Positions 59,360 through 64,000 of a DNA stretch of 64,000 nucleotides are shown here, one piece after another. The DNA lies in contig OZ024742.1 in the NCBI GenBank assembly GCA_964016885.1, forward strand, positions 324,446,001 to 324,510,000, read 5' to 3'. The notes beneath the pieces are model-generated. The model did no database searches. It saw only the letters and a program-made list of their open reading frames with translations, and was not told the DNA's origin. A program made the position numbers and the translations under genes. Positions within the stretch are counted from its first letter, which is position 1; the number at the start of each line of letters is the position of its first letter. Origin of the DNA: Eledone cirrhosa (lineage: Eukaryota).

Positions 59360-59575
59360 CAAAATAACAGGAGGCATTTTCTGGTGTAAATCCTTGAAAG
59401 GTTTATTTTACTATGATCATTTCAATGCCCGGGTTAAGTACGAATCCGGTGACATCATCAGGTATTTCAAAATATAACGCAGGAATGTATCAGATAAAAA
59501 TCTTTGGTGTTTAACTCAGAGAGAAGAGGGCGGCCGGTAATTTAGCGACTTGTATCTACGTCGACCGCCCTCAAG
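59358..59575 (-). mobile_element. Family G fragment with hammerhead (59409-59465)
   Basis: Reverse-complement homolog of ~55455-55590. Confidence 0.75.
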
Positions 59576-59582
59576 TATATAT

Positions 59583-60300
59583 ATAGAAGTGGTTACACAA
59601 CAGTTAGTTCACCATACCGAGAATAATTGTTTCACCTTAGCGGATCCTCAGCTCGTAATGGACATGGTTATACGGAACAGGAAGGACAACCGTACGAACG
59701 CGCATACGCAGAAACCGGTCATTTCACACAGGCAATACTAAAATGCGTGCGAGAGGTGTAAGGGAGATAACTGCGAAAGTCCGAAAAGTTTCTAATTGAT
59801 AAGAAAATTATGATGTTGTAATTCAATCCGGGGCTTTGTAGTTATGCAAGAGGTGTTTCGAGTGGATTATGTATTGATGAACGAATAAATATTCTAAAGA
59901 GATTATGCAATAGTGATTGCCTAAACACGAGAAATGAATTCTTCACACGTTGTTCCACGTCTCGAAACACTTCTTGCATAACTACAAAACTCCGGATTGA
60001 ATTCCAACAACATCATAATTTTTTTATCAACTAGAAACTTTTCGGACTTTCGCAGTTATCTCCCTTACACCTCTCGCACGCATTTTAGTATTGCCTGTGT
60101 GAAGTGACCGGTTTCTGCGCATGCGCGTTCGTACGGTTGTTTTTCCTGTTCCGTATAACCATACCTATTACGAACTGAGCATCCGCTAAGGTGAAACAAT
60201 TATTCTCGGTATGGTGAACTAACTGTCGTGTAACTTCTATCTAACTCGTCCCATGGACTGAGTGCTCTACCACTACGGATATTACTTTCCAGTGTTCTAC

Positions 60301-60304
<4 letters not shown>
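59583..60304 (+). mobile_element. Fold-back element family H with hammerhead-like motif
   Basis: ~280-bp arms 59583-59862 and 59961-60240; 64-nt tail; minus arm CGAG CTGAGGA TCC GCTAA GGT GAAA CAATTA TT CTCG. Confidence 0.8.
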
Positions 60305-60835
<531 letters not shown>

Positions 60836-60912
60836 GGGTATTTGTTTCCCTACTGAATCAAAACTATGTATATTTGAAGAAACGCTCGAAGGAAAACAAA
60901 TCAACATACTCC

Positions 60913-61026
<114 letters not shown>

Positions 61027-61567
61027 TCTGCATATTTAAACAGACACATATATGTTCATATATACACATACACCCTCACACGCATAACTGTATATTTATG
61101 GTTATATTAATATTTATACCTATTTAAAATATTTTTCATATATAATAGAAAAGGAAATGGTTCTCAGTCGGTGTAGACAATGTTTATTCCTGTTATTCGA
61201 TCAATAGGAATGCCCACACACAGAAGTAACACGTAAGAAGCTTATTTATTTCACATTAACTTATATTTTTAATGTAATTCTCATATAGAATCAGTGTTAC
61301 ACAGTGTGTGTTTGTGTCAAAGTTAATACTATCCGTTACGGAGACTGTTCACTGGTGAGGTCTCCAAACAGTTTGTATAGTATGATATGGTATGGAATCG
61401 TAAGTCCCGAGAGAGTCATAGGAACGCCATATTAACATACGGCGTTTCTAAAGCATTTTGTAAACCTGGCAGAGCCCATCTCCTCTCCAGGCCTGAATAC
61501 AGTATATTTCTTCCAGAGAAGGATAGATAAAGTGAGAGAAAGGAAGTGAGAAAGAGATACAGAGAAA

Positions 61568-61728
61568 GAATCGACCCCAGTATTTGTCTGGTACTTTTTT
61601 TATCGAACATGAATAGATGAAAGGCAAAGTTGATCTCGGTGCGATTTGACATCAGAGATAAGAGAGCCTGAATAAATACTACAAAGCATTCTATCCAACG
61701 TTCTAACGAGTCTACCAATTCACCGCCT
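61568..61728 (-). mobile_element. Old Meta-like SINE
   Basis: CGACCCCAGTA..CTGGTACT..GATGAAAGGCAAAGTTGA..CAATTCACCGCC. Confidence 0.7.
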
Positions 61729-62089
61729 CCAAACAGATTACAACTTCCCATTTATATTCACAAATTTAGACTCGATGCGGGTCAATGGAAAAATGAAACA
61801 ATTAATCGAGTTGCCTAGCAGTCGTATTGAACTCGAGGTTGTTAAATGAAATTCTTAAATATCCAATTAAGCCTGCGTACACTTATTCCGATAGCATACA
61901 CACACATACACACGCACATATATACCTACACACATGCACACACACACACACTCACACACACCCTTCCACAAATATTCTGACACAGATGTACACATAAATA
62001 TATCATATCTATCTACCTACCTATCTATCTATATTACTATCTATCTATTTATCTTTCTCTCATTACACACATATATATATATATATCGT

Positions 62090-62345
62090 AATGCAGACGC
62101 TGTCGGCATTGGCCAAACCGGACGTTGATTGGCGCACAGATCTGCCGATCATCTTTAGGACATACGGCTCGGCAACATGTCTCCGGTCGCCCGACATTTC
62201 CGCTCCACCGGGCACTCCGCACACCATTTCACAGTTTTCGATCTCGTAACCTGAAGCGTAGCCCCAGACTCATGATACAGGAGGGAACAGCACCATATTT
62301 TCTCTTTCTGAAACTTTACCTCCAACGGCCTATATATACTGCTCC
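62090..62345 (+). mobile_element. GIY-YIG remnant of a different (Neptune-like) PLE lineage
   Basis: IGQTGR*LAHRSADHL*DIR....PVARHFRSTGHS ... YRREQHHIFS..NGL; begins right after (TA)n. Confidence 0.75.
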
Positions 62346-62829
62346 TTTTCCTTTATCAGCTCTTACACCACATCCACGCCCTCTCCGCTCGCACATGAAC
62401 TATCACCTTGTACAATATAACAATTTTCACCAACACAACCACTCAGACACGCACATAGATACACTAACAAACATACATTTATAAACGCAAACTAACAAGA
62501 CTAATAAATTATACTAACATGTCCAACTAAGTATACTAATACGACCAATTAATTATACTGGCATACAAATGAACTAAACTAACAAGACTAAATAATGAAA
62601 CTAACACTAATAATCAATTAAACGCAACTAATTAATTCAACTAACACAATTTATCAATTAAAGTAACATGGTTAATTTATTAAACTAACGCCATTAATCA
62701 GTTAAACTAACGCGCTTAATGAATTGAAATATTAACTCGACATTCCATGAGAATATCTTGGTCAGTTTATGAACTTTTCAGCCAACCCTCCTACAATTAT
62801 GCGTCATAGCAAACGCATTTTATTAATCT

Positions 62830-62995
62830 TGCATTTTTCGACGAGCTTCCACACAGATTGCGTCTATCCAATTTCCCTCACAAATATTGGATCGACCCAA
62901 TGATATGGTAAAGACACTTACTCAAGATTTCACGCATTCGAATCGAACACAGAATCTTAGGATAGCAAAGCGGTCTTCTTAACCACTTAGCCATG
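62830..62995 (-). mobile_element. Degenerate tRNA-derived SINE
   Basis: Minus strand ATGGCTAAGTGGTTAAGAAG..GTTCGATTCG..CTTGAGTAAGTGTCTT. Confidence 0.6.
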
Positions 62996-63699
62996 CATGC
63001 ATCCATATATATTAATTTATACACTATTATAATTACAAAATTGTTGTAATTATTAGGTTTTCGATCCATTTGCTTAACTTTTCGATAAAAATCTATATTA
63101 GTTCAGAAAAAAATTGAAATAACTTTATTCAATATTTAATATCGTTTTTGTTACTCCCCTCTCTATGACACACACACATATATGTATATATAATTAACTT
63201 GCTAATGCTCCATACATTAAATATATTAACACTAACTTAATTATTGTTTTTCGTGTGAATGGCGAACTGACTTTATTTGATTTCTAGACAATTAATTTTC
63301 TCACTCTTTCACATATGAAATCTTCCTAAATCAATTCACCACTATTTCAGCTAGAATAACAATACGACTAAAGTATGTACGGTGTTTTCTCTAGTGTGTA
63401 TTGGAAGAATTAAAAAAAATATCAGGTACTACAGGACGAAGCATAATGGTTAGTGAAAGGCATGAGGGTTAGACACAACATGGGGAATGAACAGAGGAAG
63501 AAATGAATGAGTGGGAGGTGCCAGACTGGAGGTGATATGAGTTCAGTAAGCTACAAGTAGCAGAGACCATTGCAGTAACGGTAGAAGAGGTAGAGGGAGA
63601 GGACTGTCCATCTGTGTTTAAAACTATTATTAGCGTATATAAAGTTAATCGTGTCTAAATTAGTCATTCAATTTATTTTCCATTACTTTCTTATCTTAG

Positions 63700-63975
63700 A
63701 TGCATTTTGCAGTGATACTTTATGCAGTGGCAACCTGGTGAAACCAGTGAGAAACCCAAACATCGTTGCCCGACAAGCTGAGGATCGCAAGCTGATAAGA
63801 ATTACCAGCTGCTATACAATACGTTTTTTATCGTGGACCTGTAGCAGTGGAAACATCTGGCGACCTGGGCTCTCAAACCTTATATCCTTACTCAGCTCGA
63901 TTGGGATGACGAGAGCTACCCGAAATAGGTTATTTTGTAAGATGGATAAGCTCTTTCAGTACATCTTCTTTACAC
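63700..63975 (+). mobile_element. CRE-like REL endonuclease remnant
   Basis: Frameshifted CSDTLCSGNL, VARQAEDRK, PVAVETSGDLG, LFQYI match the order D.T..DT / A..AE..K..KY / F.P.A.ET.G..G / LFQR.S. Confidence 0.6.
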
Positions 63976-64000
63976 TCAGGATACGTTATTGTTATTTTCG

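Overview
AT-rich, microsatellite-saturated eukaryotic intergenic or intronic DNA. The SINE and microsatellite landscape suggests a cephalopod such as Octopus, but that is inference. I found no credible host protein-coding exon; almost all tracked ORFs are microsatellite translations. The window is mostly decayed transposable elements. These include Penelope-like elements (one RT+GIY-YIG copy at ~50.8-54.1 kb and four other EN/RT remnants), a Tx1/L1-type LINE fragment, two CRE-like LINE ends, Helitron and mariner remnants, two MITE types, over 20 tRNA-derived SINEs and a ~610-bp RTE-like non-autonomous repeat. The standout signal is nine sequence-distinct fold-back elements sitting in (TA)n tracts with one shared asymmetric layout: one arm abuts the (TA)n and the other carries an extra ~35-185-nt tail. 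Eight contain a recognisable whole or partial type I hammerhead ribozyme, usually with a palindromic stem III. A further hammerhead family (G) occurs as two single-arm copies. All folds and alignments were done by eye.
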